Origin: Macrostomum hystrix
Lineage: Eukaryota; Animalia; Platyhelminthes
DNA length: 64,000 nt
Assembly: GCA_950097015.1 (NCBI GenBank)
Contig: CATNEN010000003.1
Span: 868,001-932,000, forward strand
Direction of reading: 5' to 3'
A model generated the notes under the pieces. It did not search any database. It saw only the letters and a program-made list of their open reading frames with translations, and was not told where the DNA came from. The translations under genes were made by a program, and so were the position numbers. This document shows positions 35,201 to 47,600 of the stretch, piece by piece (position 1 is the stretch's first letter; each line of letters opens with the position of its first letter).

Positions 35201-36516
35201 GACGCGCAGCTCTCCGTCGGGACCCGTCTCGATCGGACTGCCGATCGGCTGCTCGCTCAGCAGGCCCCAGCGGTACTGCGAGAAGTACAGGGCGATCTTG
35301 CGCTCCACTGCAGAACGGGTAAAAGTTGCGTTTCGATGTTTTCTCTACTTGAAATGAGCAGTTCAGTCTTGAGCTTTGGCCCACCTGCTCCAGGAGATTC
35401 GTTCGTGAAACTCGAGTTCAGCATGACAACGTTTTTTCCCGGCTTTCCACATCCGATATCCATTGCGACTGAGCCCTCAATAGCAGCGTCGAAGCCGTGA
35501 GTGACGATGAAGTCAGGCCGACTTCGGCGCTGCCACTGGGCGTCTCCGACCGTCAGTCCGGCCGCTCTGAGCTCTCGACCCAGCTGAGCGGACACGAGGA
35601 TGCTGGCGCTGCCGAATCGGAGCGGACGGCCAACGCCAGTCGTCAAGTTGTGGAGCAGACGCGAGGCGTCTTGGAATCCATCCTGAATGGTGAGTACTCG
35701 CTTTGTTAAGTTTCAGGTCGCATTTTTGGAGCTGCTTTATGTTTTTATTGTTTTTGTTTTTTAAACAGCCTGTTAAAAATACTTTAAAAGGACACGTGTA
35801 CTGAATGTTTGGTCGCACGCAGCCGCGGAGAGAAGGCTTGTAGGGGTTAATTGACTCCTTTTTGGCCAACCTCCATCGATTATAAATTCAGGGCAGAGGT
35901 ACACCTGTGTGAGCGTGTGCCTGCGTTCGGTATCTGTGTGAATGTGTGCTCAGGAGTCAGCGAAATGGGCAGAATCACCTCGCTGGCTGCAGGTCATGTG
36001 TCACCAAATGATTAGCGCTTGCATTCTACCCTCCTGCAACTATTATTATCATAATTAATATTATTATAATTATTTCTGTTACTGTGGAAAGGAGCATTTT
36101 TGGTTATCTATACTCCGACTCGTGATTTAAAAAACGACATTAGCTTTTTCGTACGAGTAAAAAAGGCAGGTTGGTCACACTGTACTTTCATTACAGAATT
36201 TATCAACAACGACGAAAAGTTGAAACTGGTTCAGCTATTCGCATGGGGAAGCCGTGATATTGGTTACTAGAACTGAACATAATTAAATAGACTCATGTCA
36301 TGAAAGACAACCAGATACCTTGATCCTGTGAATCAGCTGTGCCGAGTCCCTTCCAGGAGGTCGAGCGCCGCGTGGATCTTCCACGAAGATGAGCAGCCGA
36401 TGGTACTGGCCAGACTGCAGGCGCAGCTCACTGTCCGCCATCACCACCGACAGTGGCTTGGATGCCAGCAGACACAAAATCGCCAGCAGCAGAGATGCGC
36501 CAGTCATTGAAGTCAT
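32221..36516 (-). CDS. CLCA: CLCA-family (calcium-activated chloride channel regulator-like) protein with C-terminal TM helix; metalloprotease motif degenerate (~988 aa, 9 exons)
   Basis: Exons 36319-36516, 35349-35682, 34787-35307, 34348-34575, 33955-34257, 33625-33867, 33218-33521, 32866-33144, 32221-32777, all in consistent phase. Signal peptide; GCGKPG; YRWGLLSEQ; ASFMF..FCD..HNR..MNRQCDGLSAAEVI; VWA DVSGSMS, GGTCIG, IILLSDG; DNGAGADLKASDGIYSAY; FN3 PPAKVIDL..LHWTA; TM FSVLGLILGLLFAVICFAAMAW. Confidence 0.88.
35810..36075 (+). mobile_element. SINE family B copy in CLCA intron 1
   Basis: GCAGCCGCGGAGAGAAGGCTTG..GTGCTCAGGAGTCAGCGAAATGGGCAGAAT..(ATT)n tail. Confidence 0.7.
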
Positions 36517-36580
36517 TTTCACAGCCCAGTTTCAGAATGTTGGTTCAGGAGTTGCTTGTTAGATCTCAATTTGAGGCAGT

Positions 36581-36589
36581 CTTTATATG
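36581..36589 (-). promoter_or_regulatory. Candidate TATA box of the CLCA-like gene
   Basis: Minus strand CATATAAAG about 65 bp upstream of the ATG at 36516. Confidence 0.45.
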
Positions 36590-37291
36590 CACTTGATTCA
36601 GCTGCCTAAACTTTAGATAAAAGTAGAAAATTTGTGTACTAGGACACAACACGTGTCATTATTTTGCGCTGTACATCCTTGATATCGATGTTTCGAAAAT
36701 AGTTTCTTACGCCCTCCTGTGACTTCTGTGTTCCTAAATGATTATCTTTTGATGCAAATGATGCTTGTGTACGCTTCGTTGACTGCTAAAATTAGTTTTT
36801 TTCGTGTGAACTTTTGTTGCTAGTGTTATCAGATGATAAACGTTGAAATCCTCTGAAATAGATCAGATTGATCCGTTTATGTTGATTGTGTTGTTCCCGA
36901 AAATAGGTTTGAAGCAGCCGTAAATAAGGTTTGGTACCGAATCTATCGTTGCATTTTTAAAGTAGCGTATTTCTTCAGTCTAATCCGGCTACGCAATATG
37001 CTTTTGGCTTGCGCTCATTGGCATACAAAGTTGGAACTTTTGGATCCTTGATGCTGCTTTCGGATTGCCGAATTATTTCAGAGCTGATAGGATGTGTTCA
37101 ATAGTCTTTGCCATTTCCATTTTTCTGCAACTCTGATGACCCTCAAAATGGTCTCAAAACTGATTCTATACCACAGACGAAACACCACGGGGCATGTTAA
37201 AGAGCGACATGTATCTCCCACTTGCCCCGGGCACTTGTCTATGTTTTTAAGCTTTTCATTCATTTGCACTACATGTAGTGCAAAAAATTAT

Positions 37292-38167
37292 TTATTCCCC
37301 AGTTGGATTGGCCCATAGACCAGATAAATTTATTTATTTGGCCGTTGAAATTTATCTGGCCGGGACAGATAAACATTTATCTGGTCCGGTGACAATTATC
37401 TGGCTTCAACTGTGGAATAAATACATTATCACCACTTGTTTGACTTATCTATGGCCGAAAACGTCTTCGGACATCGTTTCTTGGCCTCGGCTTCGCCTCG
37501 GCCAATAAACGAGTCCTCAGCCGTTCCCGGCCAAAATAAATAAAAAAGTGGGTGATAACTTATACTTATTTCACTTTGCATCGATGCAAATAAATTAACT
37601 ATGACACAGAACTATAACACAAACCATAGACAAACAGAATTAAACGAACGAATCAATAAGTATATAATCTCTCGGCTGCGCCTCGGCCGAGAAACAACTT
37701 CTCAGTCGTTCTGACGGCCACAGAAAAATGAATAAACGGGGGAGATAGTATTTTTCCCCAACTTGGCTCGGTCTTGTGGAAAAAAAGAACTAAAGCTCAA
37801 CAGTCTATGGTTCTGATCGAAACTGTTCCAAATAAATCGTTTCCTCGTCCGGGACGAATAAATATTCCTTCGTCCCGGACAAATAAATGCTTCAACACTA
37901 GACCATAGACTTATTTGACCGGGACAAGTGGGGGATAAGTATAAGTTATCTCGTATTTATTTTGGCCGGGAACGGCTGAGGACTGTCCGAAGACGTTTTC
38001 GGCCATAGATAAGTCAAACAAGTGGGTGATAATGTATTTATTCCACAGTTGAAGCCAGATAATTGTCACCGGACCAGATAAATGTTTATCTGTCCCGGCC
38101 AGATAAATTTCAACGGCCAAATAAATAAATTTATCTGGTCTATGGGCCAATCCAACTGGGGAATAAA
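37292..38167. repeat. Long inverted repeat / foldback element (arms ~37292-37565 and ~37930-38167)
   Basis: 37292-37472 is almost exactly the reverse complement of 37984-38167; the motif TCGGCT(T/G)CGCCTCGG occurs at ~37487, ~37673 and ~38254. Confidence 0.85.
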
Positions 38168-39343
38168 TTTTCTGACCTCGTCCGTTTGCCCGTTTTAAGT
38201 TAGGGATACATATCATATTCCCCACTCATTTAGTTGTCTAGGGCCAAAAGCACTCGGCTTCGCCTCGGTCAATAAACGAGACACCTCTTGCTTTTGCCCG
38301 CTAGACAAAAAAATAAATGGGGAATATTATACATTTATTTTTTCAGCATTTTGCACTACCCACTTTTGTTGACACTGTCTCCAAAAATATTCAACCAATC
38401 GCCATGAAAATCCGGAACTCGGCGAACATTTTCCGTTCTTTTCGATCAAACAACTTCCGAGATATCGAGAATCGAGATATTCAACGATTCTCGTCGGTGT
38501 GTCCTGTAGCACCAATCCACAAATATAGATATATATTTTCTGCTCACAATATTTCCTCATGTGACCAAGTCGGCTAGACGATGTTAAATGAAAATCACTA
38601 CCTGCCTTAAACAGCATATCGACGGCTCCGTTGACTGCTCAAGAGATCGCGCAAGTGCCTCTCTCATTCATCGCTCTGAGCTCTCTCCACCACGCGCTAC
38701 ACGTTGTCGCTTGGCCCAGCTCCGGGGCCACACCGTCGGACGGCTTTGAAGGCTAGTTCGTTAAATATGGCGCTAAAATTCAACCTCTATTATGGACATT
38801 CACGAAAATCGATCATCAATCGATCTACTAATAAATCAGAATACCACAATAAGTACTGCTATTTATAATTACTCAAGATCGAACAAAATTTTGCTGATTT
38901 TCCAGATGTCGCTGAACTGTCATACTATTACTTGCTTTCATATTTATCAAATCAGAACATTTTACCCCAAATTAGTTAGTTCGATCATTTTTGCGCCGTA
39001 TTATATACTCATTATATAATTTATAATATCAAGCTTAAAACGTAGCTCGGAGATGTCGATAGAGGGACAATGCTACAGCAGTTTGTTTAACCGCAGACAA
39101 CTTTATAAATAAAGTAAAACTTCAGCGATCAAAGGTCAATAGTATAGCTTTGGCTGTCTATGGCTCAAGTAAATCTGTTTTTTTTGTTTGAAGAGTATAT
39201 CAACGTTAATTTTTCGCAATAAATAATTACTTAAATAACTTTCGGTGGGTCAGCTCGCCTTTGTTTCATTGAGCGGCACTATTCTTAGAAATGAATATCT
39301 AAAAGTTGAACAGGTCAGTCCGCTAGAAGCGGCGAAAAAATAG

Positions 39344-42300
39344 ATGTCCAACGATCGATTCTCGTTGAAGAATTGGTGGACTAGAAGGCTCTGCATTAAA
39401 CGGGTCAAGCGGCAGCATCGACAGCCCAGGAAAGCTCATCGCCACCAGCAGCAGCAACTTCAGAGTCAGTGCGTCGCTGAAATCAAACCTGTCGATCAGC
39501 CGACGCCCGAAACCGGCGACTCGCTTTGCGTTCAACATGTGCAGGGCGCAAATCTCGGCCGAAATACGTCGTCAGTAGAGACTAAGGCAGATTTGTCATC
39601 TACACCGCTTCCAGGACTGCGTAATCTTCCGTCGCTGCCATCGCCCCGCTTGCTGACGCTGACATCATCTCCGTTCTCACCAGTTCTGCCAAAAACCGGC
39701 AGCCGGCTGCAGACTATACTCGAGGAGGTCCCGAATGATGTTTGCACCTACAGTGTCGCCCCACAGGTCGACCATGACAAGGTCTCGATTTTAGTGCAAA
39801 CTTCAGTGTGTAGTTTTTTCTGGTAAACTGTTGGAATTATACGACTGTTGCTAAATTTAGACAGCTAAAGCACGAACGGCTTACAAAATATTTTTAGATA
39901 GGAATCCCATGCGAAAGCAGCAAAGAAGAAGCGACCGCGGCCAACAGCTTCTCTGACTGCTCCCCTTCTGACGACATTGACTCTCGGGCTATATTTGAAT
40001 CAGATATCGAATCGGTTGGCAATACTGAGGCTGGTAGCGATGCTCTACAGGACGCAATTCTGGATGAGTCAATCTTAGCAGAGCAATGCGAAGCTAAGGA
40101 CAATGAATTAGATGAAGAAACGGCGGTGTCAGTCACTTTAGTGACTGATGTCTCTGAGGTACATCCCCCATTGACACGATCTGTGACCCCTCGTTTAGCC
40201 TCTTTGACACCACAGCCGTCACTGAACGCATATCGCATGCTAACATTACCCTGGCTGAGCCGGTGTGGGCGAACACGTCGAAAAGGGCATCGATCGTCAA
40301 GTTCTCGAGCTAGCAACAGCAATGCTTGTAGCGAGGAAATTCGGGTTTCGCCCGAGGTGCGGTTAGAGAAACTTTCTGTGCGTCCTTTACCATTAGTACA
40401 GCCAAAGCTCCGAGGTCATTGTTTTGAGGCGTGTGAAAGCAGTTTTCATAATAAGACCGGCGAGGAAGACAGAACTAGCGCCGACAATGTTCGCTCCATT
40501 AGTATGCTGTCAGCGAATGAGTCAAAACTGGACGTCGTTGGCGTCGCATACAACCTGCACACGTCGGACTTTGATTCATCAGCGTCGAATCACCTTTCCA
40601 CTGTATCGTTAAACCATGCAAACAATATTGATTTCACGCTTTCACCTTCGACGAATCTGTCGAGTAATTTAAGCGAGGCAACAGCCGTCAAGACAGAACA
40701 AGACAAATCAGAATCGTTTCGCGTCTCCCACATCTGGTTGGAGGAAAGTTCCAACTGCATCACAAGAATCGCGGTGGTTCATAAAAATAAGCCTTCTTCC
40801 GGCCTAAGCACTGAGAGTCCGCCGTCGAAGGAAAGAGCTGAACTGATCAGAACGTCAGCATCGCAGGCTGCAGTTGCGAATGAAGTTGTAATCAAAAGTT
40901 CTAAATTTCCGAATGTGCCAACAGTGACACATAATTTTAATTCACGCGAAAAGAAGTTGAAGGTGAAGCGAAATCGCCCCGACGATAAGTCACGCCTTTT
41001 CAATGGTGCAAAGCTCGATTCGCCGGGCGACACAGGAGGCAATGCGGTAAGTGCAAGAATACTCTCTCTTTACTGATCTGCAGGATATAATACCACATGT
41101 TAAAAATAAAAAAATAATTGCAGTAGGGCTGTGGGCAATAGCACGTCATTTGGTGACTTTAGACCGGTGACTCCTGAGCACACACGCACACAGATGCCGT
41201 ACACAGGCACACGCTCACTCACCTGTCTACATCTGCCTTTTTTATTATATTTACATTCTCATCGTCAGGCAGTGTACACTACTACTGTGCCTTTTAGGTT
41301 GGCCCTCAATTGCGTAAATTGCACGACAAGCCCCCAAGCCTCCTCTCAGCGGCTGCTCCCCAAATGAATGCGGCCTCGCCGCGGAATCGAGCTCAGGGAC
41401 CTTGCTGCGAGAAGCAAACGCGTTAGACCGCTCTGCCACTCATATCCTTCTTTTTTTGAAAGTTGCAACTATAAAGTACACAACTGTATTGAATTATTCG
41501 TCTCAGAAAGTGTAACTCATATAAATAGTTCATCCCTGATCCCTAACATTAGAGAGCAGGAGACAAAACGGTCGAAAATAAAAAGCTGACATCGGACCCA
41601 GCGGTTAAAATTGGCGAAAAAGTCGATGGCAGCCCCTTCCAGGCTTTGCCTAGCTGCTCCTCTGCACTCCGCAGATGCTGCAGTTGCTACTGCGGCTGCT
41701 GCGCCTGCTGCTACTGCGGACTCTACAGCTGCCGCTACCAACGCGCATTTGGAGCGACTGATGCTGCAGCAAGTCGGGTTCCTGATCTTCACTGCCAAAA
41801 TTACAGCTCAAATTCCTGCGAGCCGAAAAGCAGAAGCAGTCCACACTGCAGCTCTGGATTTAGTCACCAGTACCATCATCAGCATCATCATCATCATCAG
41901 CATGCTTGTAGATGTGTTCCGATGTGCTGCTTGATTTCCGACGAAGCAGCAATCTGCGGACCGGTGGTCTGCCAGCCTGCAAAGTGCTACATCAATCCGC
42001 ACTCACCAAGCCAATTTAATAAAGAGTTGGAGCCGTTCCACTGGCAGGCTCCTCAGTCCTTAGAGAACCAGCGGCGCCAGATGATTGCGAAAGACGAAAA
42101 CATTGCTAAAGCTATATCGCCGTCGTGTTTCGATGCTACTGATGCTCGAGATTCGCTATTAAAACAGGCGCATCAGCAGCAACAGCAGCAGGAACAACGG
42201 TGGGAGCAACAGCAGCAGCAGCAAAAAGGAAAACAATATTTTTTAACGTGCGTATAGATTAATTTTTTGTGCTATCAGAATAGAGGATTCAAATTAGCAT

Positions 42301-42670
42301 TTCTATTTACATCATAATAGCTAAACCAAGCAGTGCTTTAGCCGCAGAATCCATGCTCAAAAACCTGAATGCCCGCGATCATCGACCAGCTGCGCTTCCG
42401 GAATCATTGTTCGTGGCGCCTGCTCTCGCATCGAAAAGCATTCAGGACGATCAGCAGAAGTCTCAAAAACCATCTGGCAATTGGCTCATTAAAAGCAGCA
42501 GCTCAGCAACTAGAAGGCATCGACGCTTCCGTCAACGATATTCGAGATCTCGAATTGAGCCTGTCTCCCGACTGCCTACAGTTCACTCGTCACCCTCGTT
42601 AACTGCAACGTGTTTGCCCCATCTTCGGCTCGAGAGACCAATTAATTATCGCCTGATAACGAATACGTGA
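39344..42670 (+). CDS. Uncharacterised low-complexity protein (Ser/acidic region, Cys-rich string, His and Gln runs); exon structure tentative
   Basis: Collinear ORFs joined by plausible phase-0 splice sites: 39344-~39781, 39898-41046 (TTTTAG / GTAAGT), 41643-~42250, and possibly 42342-42670. No recognisable domain. Confidence 0.5.
41110..41440 (-). mobile_element. SINE family B copy, near full length
   Basis: Minus strand TGGCAGAGCGGTCTAACGCGTTTGCTTCTCGCAGCAAGGTCCCTGAGCTCGATTCCG head, near-identical to the 7915-8235 copy. Confidence 0.75.
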
Positions 42671-44688
42671 TAGTGAAACTTGTCGAATATCACTGTCATC
42701 AAGAGATCCAAAAACAGTCTGCATCGTTAGGGTCATCGCCATCGGCAGAAGCTAATTTCACTGATTTTCTCGCTGAACTGCTTTTAGCCTACCCTAGAAT
42801 TTACCCTAGAATCTGGTGTTTGCGGCCATGATCTTGGGGTTCGTTGGGCGGCAAGTTTTAGACGCTCTCTGATATTGTTCGACATCTGTTGACGTATCAT
42901 ATTTTATTCTTGTGTATTATTTTGTCCTGGCCCTTGAGTCTGACTCGAGTAAAGATTTCGTTTGAGGCAAAGTAAGCAAAAACTAATCAAAGTTATACAC
43001 CTAGCTAAAAATCAACGAAAATAAAATAATTTATAACTTAACTGCTTTGCGTAGATGCATTGCAGCTAGGTCTTTGTTTTGAAGCAACGACATCTCTGCT
43101 ATTTTCCTACTCGACCTCGACTTTTTCTACTGGATTGGAAGTCTTGATTCTTTCAATTATTAATAGCCTCAACGTCAGTAATTTATTTTTAGTAAAAATT
43201 TTGTTCTTGATAGAGGTTTTCAAACAGAATAAGAAAAGAAAGGTTGATACGAAAGGTGCACAATGCAGAAGTAGAAAATTAAACAAGAACTTACATTTAG
43301 TTTTACGCTTCTTAAAAAACGTAAAAATACTAATAATTAAGTAGTGCATAGCTAGATTTGAAAGTAATAATAAGCCATATGTTCTATAGATTTCATACTA
43401 TAGGCTCCTTCTGTACAGATGCTGCTACAGTTGTGGCTGCAAATAGTGTAAAATAATATCAACTCCCAGAAAGTTGACAAGATTAAACTTATCAGGAAAC
43501 ATGCGAATATTCATTTGCCAGATTTATGTTTTTTTACTGAGTTTTTATTTGTCTGTGTATGTACTTAACTCTATAAAAGGATGGCATAAGTTTAGAGAAA
43601 AACGGCCCTTCTAAGGTCCACACATGTAACTTGGCATTGTTCACGATCTACCCAAGGTCAGGAACACTATTTCTCGTAGACTAGGCTAAATATTAACGAA
43701 GTAATTAAAATAAACAGAAAAAATAACAAAAACTATACTGAGCTTTGTATTTCACTTGCAATTAAATCAATATCTTTCCTCTAGTGTCACACGCTAACCG
43801 AAACTTGTTAAATTTGTTTATATTATCAGTTTGTGCCAGCGCTAGCCTTTGAATGAAACAGGATTATATTTTAATATACCGCTACTATAGTGTCAGAGAA
43901 ACAGAGCATTTATAGGAAACTTTTACGAAAATTATCGAACAGAATTAGTTGGGTCGATTTAAAAAACTTACTATTTTATATAGCAGAGACTGTAAAACAG
44001 TTGCTGTATAGAACTGCAGAAACGAAAGGGTCTTTCTTTAAAGGTTTCTATTAATTTTGCAAGAAAAAATGATTTGCGAGCAAGGAAAATGTGACATTTT
44101 GATTTGTTAGACTCTTCGCTCTTCGCTAGTTAAGGTGCTTGAAAATTAAAACGGTATTGAAAAGCAAACAGAAAGCATTCAATATACGGACGGACGTGTC
44201 AGTACAGAAGCAGATCCTAAGAAATTGGTAAAATAGATACCAGTCTAATAAATATAGTCAGCATCGTACTGACACACTTGAAATATGAGGCACTGTTAAC
44301 GGAGTTAATATTTAAAGACGCAGACTTGGTTTTACATCGCCTCACAGCGCTAATTTACACCAATTAAGTTACATTTTTTCTACCTAGCCTATTTAAACAA
44401 ACCAAGTTTGCACAAAACGAAAGGCTGATTCTAAAAGTAAGGTTTGATATAGGCAGAAAGAACAGAGGAAAATTAAAGTTGAATCCTCCTCCTGTAGTAC
44501 AAATATTTTGATTTGATGTTTTCTTTTTTAGTTAAATTCGCACATAAAAAAGTTATAATGACAAAATGAGTCGCGAAAACGAAACTCATTTTGGCGCGAA
44601 TTCAAATTTACATTTATTACGAATGGATATAAAGTTTTATGTTTACTTTAAAATTCAAATTGTTTCTTTTATTTAATAGTTACTCTCA

Positions 44689-47600
44689 TCAGCGACTGCT
44701 GGTGTTAAACTGCATGAAATAGGCCGCGGTGGGCGGGTTGGTGTACAGCTCTTTGTCCAGGAACTCTTTGTGCGCCTTCTGCTCGCGAGCCAAGCGAAGG
44801 TTTTCCTCGGCCTGCTTGCGCTGCAGCTCCCGGTTGACGCGCTCAACCTCCCGCTCGATGAGCACACCGGTGCGAGCCTGAGCAGGATTCGGGTGCTTGA
44901 TGCAATTCCTAGCACTTCGGTTTAATTACATTCCGAGGTACACAATGTCCCAATACCATATAAGAGCTTCTAATCTGACGATCTAAAACTATGACGTTTA
45001 ACAGTACAACTACCAAGTGAGGAATTCCCCCGACAATTTTTGCTGCACTCGAACGGAGCAACGCAAGCACATGGAACTCAAGATCACGGATAAAAGTTTT
45101 ATAAAAATCTCACCTGCAGGCCCCGCTGTCGGTCCCACTCGTCCTGCTCCTTCTTCTCCGCCTCCTTCTTGCGCGTCTGCTCCTCAGCCTGCAGCGCCTG
45201 GATCCGCCGGATCTCCTGGATCTGCTCCGGCGTCATGCCCTTCCAGCGATCCGGGACAATCCGGTGCGGCCCGAAGGCGCTCTGCGCAACCGCCGGATTC
45301 TCGGTCAACATGTCGCTGAAGATGGCGTTGGACACCTCGGTGGCGTTGTCGTCCTGCTCCTGAAAAGCGGTTGTTGGATATTAAGCCTGAGGAAAATTTC
45401 CGTTGCCATTAGGTTTAGCACGACTCGCTTTAGCACGGCCAGTCTATCTGGCTGAGTGCATTGTGGGTTGGCAACTGCATCTCCCCTCTCCCTGCATCTT
45501 CCTTCTCCCTGCATCTCCCCTCTGCCTGCATCTCCCCTCTGCCTGCATCTCCCCTCTGCCTGCATCTCCCCTCTGCCTGCATCTCCCCTCTGCCTGCATC
45601 TCCCCTCTGCCTACATCTCCCCTCTGCCTGCATCTCCCCTTTGCCTGGCATCTCCCCTCTGCCTGGCATCTCTAATCTCCCTGCAGTAAAAATCCATAAG
45701 CGTCCCCAGTATAGTATAAAATTTCCGTCGAAGTCCAGAGAGTCCCAATAATTTTTAAGTCCCACGGAATGATGTAAGTAGTTTTCGACGGCCGACCCTG
45801 GAGAAGGACCTCGAAGGTATTTCAACACCAACTGCCTACTTCTCGATTGATCCCAAACCGAATGACCGATTTTCGTGAAAGTAGACCATATGGATGGACA
45901 TTTTCCGCCCTTTACGGTGAACTAACATTCAAAGCCGTCTGGCGTCAGCATCGTCGAGATAATCAGTGATTCTTGACGAAAACCTGGTGACAAGGACAAC
46001 TAATATTGCTCTGTATGGCGAATCCGTATTGGTAAAAAAATTAGAGAAATTAAGAATATATTAAACTAAACTAGCCGACTAGCTGATTCTGGAAGCTATT
46101 TCATCGGAAAGAGTCAAAATATTTAGGCCGTGTTCTGCGTTCTCATGGCGATTGGTTGAATCATTTGGGAGATACAGAAAACAGAAAGATTTGGGCATTT
46201 GAAATACCCCATGGTCTTCCTACTGTTAAGCAGGCATCCTCAGCCTCACCTGCTGCCGGCGCAGCCTCGCTCGCTCCTCAGCCTCCCTGGCCAGCGCGTT
46301 GTTATAATCGGAGGTGGCCAGGTTGATGGCCCTGCGACAGGCCTCCTCGGCTTGGGCGAGCTCGCAGGCTCGCTGATCCAGCTCGCGGCGCTTCAGATCG
46401 TACAGCCTGTCAGCCTCCTGCTGGCCCTTCGTGGCGGCGTCCCTCTCGCGCTGCTGCTGCAGCGACCATTCGCGCAGCTGCTCCTCCTGCAGGCGCCTGC
46501 GGGCCTTGGCGTTAAGATCTTCGCCGTCGAATTTCTGCAGCGAGCTGATTGTGCAACGCGGATCGTCATCGTGCACCCTGGCCGGCTTATCCTTCTTTAG
46601 TGCTTCCGGATCGTACAGGTCCCATTCCCGACGAGCCTCCGGCTGCTGGTGAAGAGCGCGGAACTCGTTCTCGTACATGTTCAGGGCGCGCTTATCGGCC
46701 TGCTGCCTGGCGTCCATCAGGGTGGCGATCTTGTCATAGCGGACGGCGTCGTGAGCGAACGCATCCTCGCGGGAGCGCTCACGCTGCTCGTGATGTCGTT
46801 TCTCTTCCACCTGCTGTTCCAGGCCTTGGACGTCAATCTGAATGAGCCCATGCGGGTTGGCTTCGTGTAAAAATTGAGATATAACACAAAAAGCACAGTA
46901 TTGTATTTGTTGTGGGTCAAATTTAAATCCGCGCTAGAAAAATATACTGTATGTATACTGGTAATATTAGCCTTATTCGATTTGTTTAAAATGTAAAAAT
47001 ATACTGAGCATATATCCAGCGTACGTGGAAAAATTACTATAAATACAGCCCAGTTTCAATTAGATAGCTAACCGTTTCGTGACCATTATTAAGAAACAGT
47101 TCAATTCTCCTCGTGAGCAATCTTACAAAAGCCTTACTTATTTCTAAAGTAAGTGGAAGCCGTTGAAACCGATCCGGGGAAGCCCGAGTATAGACTGGCC
47201 AAAGAGCCTGAGTTATCTGACATATCTGTCTGAATCACCTGAGAGCATTGCCTCCAGAACTAACTAGATTTAATATCTAGAACATTACTGGCAGAAGGCC
47301 AGAAATATCGTGACAAAAAGCCACGCTACCCAAACTATCTGTAGTTTGCATAAGTCCACCCGAGCAGGGGTGTGGTATAATGTATATGTCACTCTAAAAT
47401 GATTGACAGGCAATAAGTCAGAAGTTTAGGCCAATTACTTACAGTATGAGGAGAGTTTGAATTACTAGAAAAGTGCAATTGTAGAAGAAGCACTACAACA
47501 ACTTGGTGGCAGCGGAAAAGGATCGGAAAAGCGGCGGAATCTTACTTAGAAATAAGCTATTCATAGTCAAATAGTCAAAATGAATGCCAACGATGCAATC

